Counted from the first letter of the stretch, positions 28,355-38,098 are shown. The stretch is 41,540 nt of DNA from Candidatus Thorarchaeota archaeon (GCA_048882485.1 JBHLRP010000027.1:1-41540), one strand, 5' to 3'. The notes: a model not told the origin generated them from the sequence alone. Made by a program: numbers and translations.

Positions 28355-29167
28355 ATGTACATGATTCTGGCAATGTTCCTAATTGGAGCAATCTCATTTG
28401 GAATGGCGATTATTTGGCACAGACGTAAGGCACGTTTTAATGAACTATTCATCTACCTTGGGGCGAGATACAATCTAAGCGAAATTGACTTGTCAGGAAG
28501 GAAGCATGTCTCCAATTGTGTATCTTATGAATGGGTTCGAAATAATGTGATCAAAGGGCGCTCGAAGATAAGAAACGCTCTACGAGAACTAATGGCGGAA
28601 AGCACTCTTTTGACAACGATTGTATTGGGCTCATTGATCGCAATAGTGCCTATTGCGTTGGCATATTTACTAGTAGGAGGCATCGCGTTTTCTGGAGGCG
28701 TACTCCTGTTTGTGTTTCTGGCAATTCTCCTCATTTATGCACCATTTGATGTGGCAATGTCCTATGAACTCTTATCATGGTTGGTGAAACAAGACCCCTA
28801 TGACCTAAAAGAGGGCGATTTCGCATACGCCCAAGTTTCGTGGAATGAAATTGGTAGGTGGATCAAGATTCTTCTTGCAGCAGGAGTAGTATTGTTCTCT
28901 TTAGCACCTTGGGGCAATTCGATGCTGGAGATTTCTGTCTATGGACTGGCGACACTGTTTGGATTTGTTCTCAATCAAGTCTACATCCCACTGGCGAATA
29001 TTAACGCCGCTGTTGGTTACGCGGTCTTTGTATCTGTTGTAGTAGCTGCTCTTGCCTTCCTGTACATTGTTCCAGAAACTGCATACCGGAAAATGAAGAG
29101 AGGTGAGAAAATCTTCTCTCTAGAAGCCAAGGAAGACACCAACGAAGGTGAACAGAAGACCATATAG
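28355..29167 (+). CDS. Hypothetical membrane protein (paralog of 27412-28185)
   Basis: Same conserved blocks as the upstream gene. Confidence 0.78.
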   Translation: MYMILAMFLIGAISFGMAIIWHRRKARFNELFIYLGARYNLSEIDLSGRKHVSNCVSYEWVRNNVIKGRSKIRNALRELMAESTLLTTIVLGSLIAIVPIALAYLLVGGIAFSGGVLLFVFLAILLIYAPFDVAMSYELLSWLVKQDPYDLKEGDFAYAQVSWNEIGRWIKILLAAGVVLFSLAPWGNSMLEISVYGLATLFGFVLNQVYIPLANINAAVGYAVFVSVVVAALAFLYIVPETAYRKMKRGEKIFSLEAKEDTNEGEQKTI

Positions 29168-29458
29168 AAAGAGGATGAAACTGGCAAGCACGAGTCTATA
29201 ACCCAGAAGTGCTCTTCGCCAAGAAGGAAGTGGAGTTCCGTCTGGATTGTATCTCTTCTCATCTACCAAGGGCATACGGGCAAGAAGACAGCCTCCAAAT
29301 AGCAGGAATATCACTATTATCAAGAAACTCAAGATGCCCACCACATCGGAAAAGATAGGCATTTGAAATACAATCGTTGCAATGAAACCAGTAACAGCTA
29401 TTACAGACATAATGGCAGTTGCTAAAATAAAGCCCGTTTGGGTTTCATCTTTCCACAT
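29120..29458 (-). CDS. Small membrane protein (3 TM)
   Basis: 112-aa hydrophobic ORF, GTGAGGG upstream, same strand as the dpp operon; 48-bp tail overlap with the convergent gene. Confidence 0.55.
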   Translation of the reverse strand: MWKDETQTGFILATAIMSVIAVTGFIATIVFQMPIFSDVVGILSFLIIVIFLLFGGCLLARMPLVDEKRYNPDGTPLPSWRRALLGYRLVLASFILFLYGLLFTFVGVFLGF

Positions 29459-29473
29459 GTGCCCTCACTCCAG

Positions 29474-29683
29474 CTAGGGGATTAAGGAAAGGATGAATCC
29501 AATGGACAATAATAATACTGCCAGTATGACTAGCGGAAGGAAGATAGACTGAAGAGCTGCTATAAAGAGGGCAACATAATCCGTTGCATCAAGAGGAGCA
29601 TGTGTGCTTTGCTGGTGATCACCATATTCTGACCAGTCAAATTCCTCCGGTTCATCTTCATTCTCCAAATATGCTACCTCCAT
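29474..29683 (-). CDS. Small membrane protein with acidic N-terminus
   Basis: EDEPEEFDW followed by DYVALFIAALQSIFLPL and a TM helix; in the operon direction. Confidence 0.6.
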   Translation of the reverse strand: MEVAYLENEDEPEEFDWSEYGDHQQSTHAPLDATDYVALFIAALQSIFLPLVILAVLLLSIGFILSLIP

Positions 29684-29737
29684 TATTACCTACTGAAATT
29701 TGCGAGCCATTTAGCAATTCCCTTTTATCATGTATTC

Positions 29738-30772
29738 CTAGGTGTCGGTAATTGCAGCCTCTTGAGTTTCAATTTGCTCTTTATAGTCCAAATCCAGCTC
29801 ACCTGCGAAATGGCAAGCCACTAGGTGCCCATCGCCCATATCCCGAAGCTCTGGAACATCTTCTTTGCAGACCTCCTGTGCAAACCTGCACCGTGGATGG
29901 AATCTACATCCTGTTGGCGGATTGATTGGACTTGGTACCTCTCCAGCCAACACATGTGCTCGGCCTCTATACTCTGGATTGGGCACAGGAACCGCCGACA
30001 CTAAGGCCGCCGAGTAAGGATGCATCGCCTCCTCGAAGATATCGCGAGGGGTCATTTCAATTATCTTGCCTAGGTACATGACAGCGACTCTATCACTCAT
30101 GTGTTTGACTACACTCAAGTTGTGCGAGATAAACAGATATGTAAGATCAAACTCAGTCTGCAAATCCTTCATCAGGTTCAGAGTCTGGGCTTGCACTGAC
30201 ACGTCAGTGCTTGAGGTGGGCTCATCCATCACTACGAACTCTGGATTCAAAGCCAGGGCTCGAGCGATACAGATTCGCTGTCTCTGGCCCCCACTGAACT
30301 CGTGTGGGAATCTATTGAGGTGATCCTCGGTTAGGCCCACTTTCTGGAGCAACTCCAGTACCATCTCTCGCAATCTATAGCCACGGGCGACGCCATTCAC
30401 AAGCAGCGGCTCACCCACCGCGTTCTTAATAGTCAGCCTCGGGTCGAGTGAGGCCATTGGATCTTGGAACACAATTCCCATGTTCCTGCGATACTCGCGT
30501 ATTTCTCTCAGCTTGAGCTTTGCAATGTCCTGACCATTAAAGAGTATTTCACCGGATGTGGGAGGAATCAACCGGATTATGGTTCTCCCAGTTGTGGTCT
30601 TGCCGCACCCCGATTCTCCGACCAGTCCTAGAGTTTCTCCTTTGTAAATGTCGAATGTGATATCGTCAACAGCTCTCACATAGCCCAGCACCTTGCGAAA
30701 GACCCCCCCAGTCAGTGGGAAGTATTTCTTCAAGTTCCTTACCTGTACCAAAGGTTCTCCGTTTGGCATCAT
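29738..30772 (-). CDS. dppF: Oligopeptide ABC transporter ATP-binding protein DppF
   Basis: [30 protein letters not shown] and GCRFHPRC. Confidence 0.95.
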   Translation of the reverse strand: MMPNGEPLVQVRNLKKYFPLTGGVFRKVLGYVRAVDDITFDIYKGETLGLVGESGCGKTTTGRTIIRLIPPTSGEILFNGQDIAKLKLREIREYRRNMGIVFQDPMASLDPRLTIKNAVGEPLLVNGVARGYRLREMVLELLQKVGLTEDHLNRFPHEFSGGQRQRICIARALALNPEFVVMDEPTSSTDVSVQAQTLNLMKDLQTEFDLTYLFISHNLSVVKHMSDRVAVMYLGKIIEMTPRDIFEEAMHPYSAALVSAVPVPNPEYRGRAHVLAGEVPSPINPPTGCRFHPRCRFAQEVCKEDVPELRDMGDGHLVACHFAGELDLDYKEQIETQEAAITDT

Positions 30773-30775
30773 GTA

Positions 30776-31990
30776 TCACCTCTTCCCCTTCATCGAGCCC
30801 TGTGGATTGTGGCACTCAACCCAATGACCTGGCTTCATTTCCTCTCTCGGAGGACGCTTCTCCTTGCATATGTCAGTTGCAAAATCGCATCGTGGGTGAA
30901 ACCTGCATCCTGGCGGGGGTGAGATCAAGTTGGGCACACTCCCCCTAATCTGCAAAAGTCGATCAGTCTTCTCAGTCAGCTTGGGAATCGCTCGAAGCAG
31001 ACCTAGAGTATAGGGATGTATCGGGTCCGAGAACAGGTCATCGGTTGATGCATACTCTACAACCACCCCGGCATACATCACGGCAACATTCGTGCATGTT
31101 TCGGCCACAACACCTAGGTCATGAGTGATGATAATGATCGAAGAATCAAACTCTGACTTGAGTTCATTCAATAGTTTAAGGACCTGAGCCTGAACGGTGA
31201 CATCCAAAGCCGTCGTAGCCTCATCGCAAATCAATATCTGAGGATCGCAGGATAATGCCATGGCAATAAGTGCCCTCTGTCGCATCCCTCCAGATAATTC
31301 ATGAGGATATTGGTTTGCCACCTCCTCAGGTGTGGGCATGCGAACCATTCTGAGCATGTTCACGGCTCTCTTCTCCGCCACCTTTTTCTTGTCGCTATCT
31401 GATGGCGGGGGTGGGTCGTCAAGCTGGCTCTTGTAATTGGCGATCTGATCCTGTATCTCAGCCGCGTTCGGTGCATTTGGATTCTCAGCCAATGTGGTCT
31501 CCAGAAGTTCAATCTTCATCTCAAGAGCGTCGAGAGCAAGATTCTGGTGGAGAGAAATCACTTCCGCAATTTGCTGTCCTATACGGAACACAGGGTTCGG
31601 ATATGTCGCAGGATCTTGGAAGACTATCCCTATTCTGTTGCCCCTGATTTGACGCATTTCATCCGTTGACAACTTCAACAGGTCTATGACTTCCTCACTG
31701 CCATCACTAGCGCGGTTTCTGAAGATTACCTCACCTTCTTCTATTCGTCCTGGTGACTCCACGAGGCGCATGATTGACTTTGCAGTCACGCTTTTTCCAC
31801 ATCCTGTTTCACCAACGAATGCGAGGGTGTCCCCCTTCTTGAGATGCACAGTGACCCCGTCGAGAGCCTTCACAACGCCTTCATACGTATAGAACGAAGT
31901 CTTCAATGCTCGAACATCGAGAATCACGTCTTGTTCTAGTGTAGGGATTTCATCCTGTGTTTCTTGGGTTTCCGTTTTCGTTGCCACCAT
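30776..31990 (-). CDS. dppD: Oligopeptide ABC transporter ATP-binding protein DppD with about 50-aa insertion
   Basis: GETGCGKS, LSGGMRQR, ICDEATT, ITHD and GCRFHPRC; start probably 31990 (or 32014, ATGA overlap), not 32164. Confidence 0.93.
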   Translation of the reverse strand: MVATKTETQETQDEIPTLEQDVILDVRALKTSFYTYEGVVKALDGVTVHLKKGDTLAFVGETGCGKSVTAKSIMRLVESPGRIEEGEVIFRNRASDGSEEVIDLLKLSTDEMRQIRGNRIGIVFQDPATYPNPVFRIGQQIAEVISLHQNLALDALEMKIELLETTLAENPNAPNAAEIQDQIANYKSQLDDPPPPSDSDKKKVAEKRAVNMLRMVRMPTPEEVANQYPHELSGGMRQRALIAMALSCDPQILICDEATTALDVTVQAQVLKLLNELKSEFDSSIIIITHDLGVVAETCTNVAVMYAGVVVEYASTDDLFSDPIHPYTLGLLRAIPKLTEKTDRLLQIRGSVPNLISPPPGCRFHPRCDFATDICKEKRPPREEMKPGHWVECHNPQGSMKGKR

Positions 31991-32010
31991 GCTCAAGTCA
32001 TCTCCAATCA

Positions 32011-33309
32011 TCATCGTCGTCGAAGCTTCGGATCTAGGATATCTCTCGCTCCATCGCCTACCAGATTGAAAGACAATGCGCAGAACAACATCGCCATTCC
32101 AGGGAAGAAGATCATCCAGAAGAGCATGAAGTGGTCCTGTCCAGTGGAAATCATAAGACCCCATTCAGCCGTGCCAGCCTGAGCACCATAACCAATGAAG
32201 CTGAGTCCAGCTGCTGTCAATAATACACCGCCCATGTCAAGGGTTGCCTGGACGATGACTGGCTGTATTGTGTTGGGCAAGATGTGACCCAGCATAATCC
32301 TGAGGTCCGACGCTCCCACCGATCTAGCTGCTTCTACGTAAAGCTTCTCTCGTTCTAAAAGAACCTGGCCACGTACAAGTCTCGCATACGTGGGCCACCA
32401 AATAATCATAAGAGCTATGGATATGTTGTCGAGATTCTTTTCACCCAACGCGGATACAATGGCCATCGCAAGAATAAGTCCAGGAAATGCGAAGAAAACG
32501 TCTGTGATTCTCATGACAATTTCATCAACAGCACCACCGAAGTAGCCTGCTGCTACCCCAATCAACATACCTATGATTAGAGCCACGGCGACAACAGAAA
32601 TGGCAATCTTCAGGTCTATCTGTGTTGCCCACATAACCATGCTGAAGACGTCCCCACCGTTCTGATCTGTACCCCATATGTGGGTTTCACTAGGTGGCTG
32701 TAGTGTCTCGCGCCAATTACGCTCCGTCGGACCATACGGGGCAAAATATGGTACGAAGATTGCAATCAAAATGTAAACAACTAGAATGCTGATACCAGCC
32801 ATGACTAAGGGACTCCGGCGAATCAAGTATAGTGAGTACCTGATCTCCTTGATTCTGGGACGTGTGTCTTCCACAAAGAGGGCCCACCAATAGCTTCGAG
32901 CTGCTGGTGTCATCAGAAGAACGATAGCGAAGACATTCGCTAGTGTCAGCCATACAGCAAAGCCACCTAAAAGAAGATACAGAAAGATAGAAATCAAGTT
33001 GCCGTATATGACCCAGGAGAACGCCGAAGTTTCGAGCGATCGTACAGACTGACCGATGTTGACCAGAAATAGCCCTAATAAAACCAAAGGTCCAGTATTC
33101 AATATGATCACGCTTATGACTGCTATATAATTCACATTCGCAAGGATCAAATCATATACCGACAATGCGAATGCGAGGGACCCATATGACACACTGATGA
33201 TACCCACCAAGACTTGGACAATGCCAAGCACTCGTACCATTGCGCTGACAGGGACAACCTCAACGACCTCGACTTCGGAAACCACCGTTTCTGAGGTTTT
33301 TCTAGCCAT
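32011..33309 (-). CDS. dppC: Peptide ABC transporter permease DppC with N-terminal TM extension
   Basis: HIWGTDQNGGD, MRITDVFFAFP, YVEAARSVGAS, HILPN, EWG and ILDPK. Confidence 0.94.
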   Translation of the reverse strand: MARKTSETVVSEVEVVEVVPVSAMVRVLGIVQVLVGIISVSYGSLAFALSVYDLILANVNYIAVISVIILNTGPLVLLGLFLVNIGQSVRSLETSAFSWVIYGNLISIFLYLLLGGFAVWLTLANVFAIVLLMTPAARSYWWALFVEDTRPRIKEIRYSLYLIRRSPLVMAGISILVVYILIAIFVPYFAPYGPTERNWRETLQPPSETHIWGTDQNGGDVFSMVMWATQIDLKIAISVVAVALIIGMLIGVAAGYFGGAVDEIVMRITDVFFAFPGLILAMAIVSALGEKNLDNISIALMIIWWPTYARLVRGQVLLEREKLYVEAARSVGASDLRIMLGHILPNTIQPVIVQATLDMGGVLLTAAGLSFIGYGAQAGTAEWGLMISTGQDHFMLFWMIFFPGMAMLFCALSFNLVGDGARDILDPKLRRR

Positions 33310-33320
33310 CTTCCATTCAC

Positions 33321-34346
33321 CTACCCGTATCTGATTCTAGGATCTAGCGCCCCATAGATTAGATCAACTATTAGATTCGCGCTCACGAAGATGATAGCCA
33401 CCAAGAGTGTAAATGCATTGATGCTTGGAACGTCTGACGTGAGGATAGATCGCACGGCCCAACGACCAACACCCGGCCAGGAGAAAATCGTTTCCGTTAG
33501 CACGGCCCCCGTTATCAATCCTCCAAAGGCAAGGCCTATTATCGTCACCGTCGGAATCATAGCGTTCCTAAGTGCGTGCCGATAGATTACAACTCGCTCC
33601 TGAAGGCCTTTGGACCTTGCTAAAGTGATGTAGTCTTCCTTCAGGACTTCAAGCATACTTGAACGCATCATTCTAGTGATGATGGCGAGCGTCAGATAGC
33701 CCAGACAGGCTGCCGGCAGGACGAGATGGATGAGCGAGTCAAAGAACAACACTAAGTTGCCAGTTAATAATGAGTCTATGAGAATGAAATTCGTGATAGG
33801 ATTATACGATAATGTGACAACGTTGTATCTGCCTCCCTCAGGCAGGTAGGGCAGACCCCACATGAAGAACTGGTAGTATAGCAGATACTTGAGCATAAGA
33901 GCAAACCAGAATATCGGCATGGAAACACCTGCCAGTGCGATTATTCGAGTCACGTGGTCCACAGCTTGGTCCTTTTTAGTGGCAGATATTATCCCCAGCG
34001 GAATACCTATGACCACTGCAATAATCATTGCGACTATAGAGAGTTCAATTGTAGCTGGGAATAGCCTCCCGATTGCATCTACCACCCAACTGTTCGCACT
34101 ATCGGACCAACCCCAATCTCCCATTGCCAGGCCTCTCAGGTAATAGAAGAACTGGATATAGAGCGGCTGATCAAGTCCATGTTGACGTATGATTTGGTCT
34201 ATGGCATCTGGCGGAGTCCTCTCATTTACGTAGATTGCAAGGGGATTGCCCACCACGTAGGCAAGAACGAAGGTGATTGCTAGGACACCAACTATCACCG
34301 GAATTGACAGGAGAATCCTTCTCAGGATATAATCTCTCAGTCTCAT
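33321..34346 (-). CDS. dppB: Peptide ABC transporter permease DppB
   Basis: YILRR, GLDQP, GDWG.S, FPATIEL, DYITLARSKGL and DPRIRY. Confidence 0.95.
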   Translation of the reverse strand: MRLRDYILRRILLSIPVIVGVLAITFVLAYVVGNPLAIYVNERTPPDAIDQIIRQHGLDQPLYIQFFYYLRGLAMGDWGWSDSANSWVVDAIGRLFPATIELSIVAMIIAVVIGIPLGIISATKKDQAVDHVTRIIALAGVSMPIFWFALMLKYLLYYQFFMWGLPYLPEGGRYNVVTLSYNPITNFILIDSLLTGNLVLFFDSLIHLVLPAACLGYLTLAIITRMMRSSMLEVLKEDYITLARSKGLQERVVIYRHALRNAMIPTVTIIGLAFGGLITGAVLTETIFSWPGVGRWAVRSILTSDVPSINAFTLLVAIIFVSANLIVDLIYGALDPRIRYG

Positions 34347-34659
34347 GGTCTAACACTTCACACGCACAATTCTGGCGGTCTGGCGTATTCTGCCAGCCAC
34401 TCATCGACGCGCAACACAATCCAGCCCGATTTAAGGCTTTTGTTCGAAGAAATAATTGTTCAGTGTTAGTTTGACTCCCTATGCTCGTCAAAACGCGGCA
34501 GTTTGATAGACTTTGCTGTGATCATCGGGAGTGAAAATAGTGTGAAATCAAAAGCCGAAACCACACCGATTTCTATTTCTGCTTTGTTGTGTGAATGCCT
34601 ACACGATGATTTTATCCGTAATCTATATTAGACAATTCCTTTCTTGAAAGAGTCCTATG

Positions 34660-34717
34660 TGGCGCACTTCGGTGTAGCCCATGCAAGAAGATACTGTATC
34701 TTCTTGTAAGAAGGAGG
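34660..34717 (+). promoter_or_regulatory. Structured leader/palindrome upstream of dppA
   Basis: GGC-GCAC-TTCG-GTGT-AGCC hairpin; perfect inverted repeat CAAGAAGATAC-T-GTATCTTCTTG (34684-34706); AAGGAGG SD at 34711-34717. Confidence 0.55.
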
Positions 34718-34729
34718 AATATTTTTCCA

Positions 34730-36658
34730 ATGGAAAGAAACCAGATGATCGCGATCGTAGTGATCCTAGTTGTCATCGTGGGTGCTGGTGTCGCATTTAT
34801 CTTCTTGACACAGCCGACTAGGCCGCCTGAGGATACTTTAGTCAGGGAATCCATAGCCGAGCCAGAGTCGTTGGACCCACATTGGCTATACGAAACAGCT
34901 GGAGGCTGGGTCGCGGAACAAGCATACGAAACATTGTATTACTATCCATTTGGTACATCGGACAGTGACCCCTCAGTGCCGCTCTTGGCGGCTGCTCAGC
35001 CCGAAGTATCAGCGGATGGCATGCAGTATAACATAACACTGAGACAGGGCATAACATTCGCTGATGGAACTCCCTTCAATGCCAGCTGTGTAAAGTGGAA
35101 CTTTCAGCGGGCTATCAAGATGTTTAGGCTCGATGGTCCTGTGTTTATGATACTTGAGCCGCTGCTGGGTGGAGGAGAACTGATGAGCATCGCCTACGGT
35201 GATGGCGTGTCCGGTGAGCCGTTTGAGAGCACGTTTGAGGCCTGGATTGCGAGCGACGCAATCAAGGTGCTTGACACCTACACAATACAGTTCAACTTTG
35301 ACTACGCCTATGCAGGGTACATCGCCGCCACAACATACCGTGTTGGTGCGTTCATGAGCCCAACCTTTGTGCTGGCCAATTCAGCGAACGACACCGTTCC
35401 TGCTGGAGGCGACTGGATGGAATACTTTGGCATTAATTACGGCACAGGACAGATTGCCGCTAACAGCCCCATGTTCGACCACACCATGGGTACCGGACCC
35501 TACCAGCTTACTGAGTGGAGATCAGGTGAGTTCTGGACGATTGAACTCAACGAGAACTACTGGAGAGCAGACTCAACTGTGTCTGGGCTACAACCTCCAG
35601 CCTATGCGGGCTCAATCAAGACCTGCATCACTAAGCTGAACGTGGATACGACTGGATCGATGTTGAACCTGAGGACCGGACTCAGTGATTGGATCGGCTG
35701 GCCTGCGCCAAACCGTGACGAGATATACGACAATTCTACTGGGGAATCAAGTGACCCAGGCATCTATCTCTCTCTGGGAGGCTTCAGCTTCGCCGTGACT
35801 TTCATGTCGTTCAACATGAACCCCTTGATGAACTACACGCGCGGAACGCAAACCGAGGAGATCGTACCACCGACACTATGGATGGAGTTCAGGAAGACTA
35901 TCGCCTACTCGTTTGACTATCAGGCAGCTATTGATGCAATCTACAGAGGATTTGCTACGACGCCTAAGAGCATATTCCCGAATGGGTTGTTTGGCTATAA
36001 TGGCTCGTATGCGACTGAATCGTATGACATCGAGCAAGCAGTTGTTTGGTGGAACAAGGCTATGAACGACTCGGCGTTCGTAGATGCGATGAACGCCATT
36101 GATTGCGAGCTTCTCGTCTACTACAACGAAGGAAACACTGCCCGTGAGCAGAGTTCTCTCCTAATGGCGGACGGCTTCGATGCGGTAATAGCTCATGCGA
36201 ATGCCAACACAACTGGGTTGGTTGCCACACCTAAGTGGAGCGTTGTCGCACTCGAGTGGCCCACTATCCTGGCTATGAGAGGACGTAGAGAACTTCTTGC
36301 TTGGCTTGTTGGTTGGCTTCCAGACTACGCAGATCCTGACAACTACGCCTATCCGTTTGCTATATCAAACGGTATCTGGCCGTATTTCTCAGGCTACAAC
36401 AACAGCGTAGTTGACGCAGCTGCCCAGGCTGGAAAGGAGGCACAAGATCCTGCTGAACGACAGATCCAATACAACATCATTCAGGAAGAGATCGCCAAGG
36501 ACCAGCCTTACGTCTATATAGCGCAAGGGCAGGAGTTCAGAACCTGGAGAGTCTGGCTACACGGTAGCGGACTGAACTACAATCCAATGTACTCCTCCAC
36601 GCCGTACCTCTATCACGTCTATAAGGACTATGCGGCCTACGATGCCGCACAAGCGTAG
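34730..36658 (+). CDS. dppA: Peptide ABC transporter substrate-binding protein (family 5), N-terminal membrane anchor
   Basis: PESLDP, YETL, LRQGITFADGTPFNA, GTGPY, FRKTIAYSFDY and GWLPDYADPDNY, in canonical order; divergent from dppBCDF. Confidence 0.94.
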   Translation: MERNQMIAIVVILVVIVGAGVAFIFLTQPTRPPEDTLVRESIAEPESLDPHWLYETAGGWVAEQAYETLYYYPFGTSDSDPSVPLLAAAQPEVSADGMQYNITLRQGITFADGTPFNASCVKWNFQRAIKMFRLDGPVFMILEPLLGGGELMSIAYGDGVSGEPFESTFEAWIASDAIKVLDTYTIQFNFDYAYAGYIAATTYRVGAFMSPTFVLANSANDTVPAGGDWMEYFGINYGTGQIAANSPMFDHTMGTGPYQLTEWRSGEFWTIELNENYWRADSTVSGLQPPAYAGSIKTCITKLNVDTTGSMLNLRTGLSDWIGWPAPNRDEIYDNSTGESSDPGIYLSLGGFSFAVTFMSFNMNPLMNYTRGTQTEEIVPPTLWMEFRKTIAYSFDYQAAIDAIYRGFATTPKSIFPNGLFGYNGSYATESYDIEQAVVWWNKAMNDSAFVDAMNAIDCELLVYYNEGNTAREQSSLLMADGFDAVIAHANANTTGLVATPKWSVVALEWPTILAMRGRRELLAWLVGWLPDYADPDNYAYPFAISNGIWPYFSGYNNSVVDAAAQAGKEAQDPAERQIQYNIIQEEIAKDQPYVYIAQGQEFRTWRVWLHGSGLNYNPMYSSTPYLYHVYKDYAAYDAAQA

Positions 36659-36696
36659 TTCTATTAGCCAGAGCGTATAGTAGACAATAGAATAAA

Positions 36697-36733
36697 AGCA
36701 GAGGGACTCAACCCTCTGCTCTCTTGTTTTTTT
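36697..36733 (+). terminator. Hairpin plus poly-T terminator after dppA
   Basis: AGCAGAGGG-ACTCAA-CCCTCTGCT then CTCTTGTTTTTTT. Confidence 0.7.
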
Positions 36734-36815
36734 CATATTTCTGTGGTCACATTTTTTTGCGCATAAGATAAGCACTATATGCTGTCTAGGCAGATTCAAG
36801 TCATTTGGTGATTCA

Positions 36816-37700
36816 ATGAGGCACTTGAATTCCATCACTCCACGCCAGTTATGTACGCTATGGTGGAGCACACGATGGGTACGTTATCTCGTGCTATCAC
36901 TGATTCCGGTGGGTGTGATTGATGCAGCCTATACACTGTTAACCACATGGGAGTTGGGTGTGGAAATTGAATTCAATCCAGTCACCCGCTTTTTCCTTTA
37001 TTCTGACTTATGGCTCGCCTGGGCTATTATGAACATATTCGGTTTCGCAATCTTCAGCATGATGACCGGATCATACTACCTGCATACGCGAAGCAATCCC
37101 GAGGGCCCTGACACTAGTTTGTTTTCACTGATAATTGCTTTCAGAGTTGCAGTGGCAACATATAACATCACATACTACTACATCCCATTCATTGTAGCAG
37201 TATATCCGCCGTTTTGGACCTCCATATTCATGTTTGCTCTTACATACTTTGGAATTGGCAGAGTGCTGAATAGAAGGACTGACATAAGTCAGCAGGGCAT
37301 TATTCAGTACTTCCGGAACAGAATCAACAATATCAAGGATAGACGACTAATATCGACCGCTGGTAGACATTCGTCGGATAGCCAGACAGCAGCACCTGCA
37401 GAAACACAGAGGAAGTCCGAGGGGACTCTCGCATCAATAGAGGAGCTGCCTACGCAGAGGAGAAGTTGGTCAAAGAGGATTGGCTATCTGACCTTAGCAT
37501 CATTGGCCATGGTTTCGATGCTGTGGATGCTTGACATCGTGGGTGTTGTGACCGGACTGTATACCTTCCGAGACCAATATCCAATCGTCTTCATTAACAC
37601 GCTTGTGGGACGTGGACTTGTCGCCACACTCATCGTGGTCCTGTCCTTTATTGCCATTTCAATGTACATGATAATCAAAGCCTTTGATACACATCAATAG
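36816..37700 (+). CDS. Hypothetical multi-pass membrane protein
   Basis: 294 aa, about 6 TM; D..YT....G..EFNP motif (DUF5658-like, tentative). Confidence 0.72.
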   Translation: MRHLNSITPRQLCTLWWSTRWVRYLVLSLIPVGVIDAAYTLLTTWELGVEIEFNPVTRFFLYSDLWLAWAIMNIFGFAIFSMMTGSYYLHTRSNPEGPDTSLFSLIIAFRVAVATYNITYYYIPFIVAVYPPFWTSIFMFALTYFGIGRVLNRRTDISQQGIIQYFRNRINNIKDRRLISTAGRHSSDSQTAAPAETQRKSEGTLASIEELPTQRRSWSKRIGYLTLASLAMVSMLWMLDIVGVVTGLYTFRDQYPIVFINTLVGRGLVATLIVVLSFIAISMYMIIKAFDTHQ

Positions 37701-37754
37701 CTTTCCTTGGAATGATGCATAATGAATTGATGACGATTGGATACTATGAAGATA

Positions 37755-38069
37755 CAGTCACGAGCTGCGTTGCGTGAAGAGAAAATCAGATATCCCTTCC
37801 GCTTGGCGCCGCCGATGGGTCTTGATGAGCACATCGCTTGCTGTAAATTCCAGGCTTATATTCACTCTATACATGCCTTCCGAGATGAAGGACAATGAAT
37901 CATCATCGCTCCTTCGGACGGGATGACCAACGAAGTTACATTCATTGAATCATCTCCAACGACGGGCTAGGATCACCCTGTCGTGGGGTGGAATAGCTCT
38001 GGAAATACTAGCCTTCCAAACTGGATCTTTTTGGAGATCGTTGCGGGGGTCCTATCCCCTGCAACACCA
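37755..38069 (+). ncRNA. Putative structured non-coding RNA of unknown class
   Basis: About 400-bp gap with no ORF of 60 aa or more, containing at least six consecutive stem-loops; G-T pairs favour the + strand; ends in a 10-bp helix plus ACCA. Confidence 0.45.
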
Positions 38070-38098
38070 ATTACAGCTTGAGCTTCTGTTATAGACAC

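Noticed and set aside
31991-32164. Long N-terminal extension of DppD overlapping dppC
   Set aside because: ORF-caller artefact; the better start is 31990 or 32014. Similar over-extensions occur at 1534, 21777, 23071, 27313 and 39931.
37770-37865. RNase P-like (GAGAAAATC...GGCTTAT), hammerhead-like (TTGATGA) and C-box-like words
   Set aside because: Spacing is far too short for RNase P; the hammerhead GAAA core and a D box (CTGA) are missing.
37746-37970. Short + strand ORF (MKIQSRAALREEK...) with an in-frame TGA, considered as a selenoprotein with a SECIS
   Set aside because: No redox motif around the TGA and no protein-like signature; the nearby ATGA...GA stem lacks a convincing SECIS core and apical AA.
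37985-38069. Possible tRNA or tRNA-Sec because of the terminal CCA
   Set aside because: No TTCRA T-loop and no D or anticodon arms; the 3' strand pairs locally rather than with a distant 5' acceptor strand.
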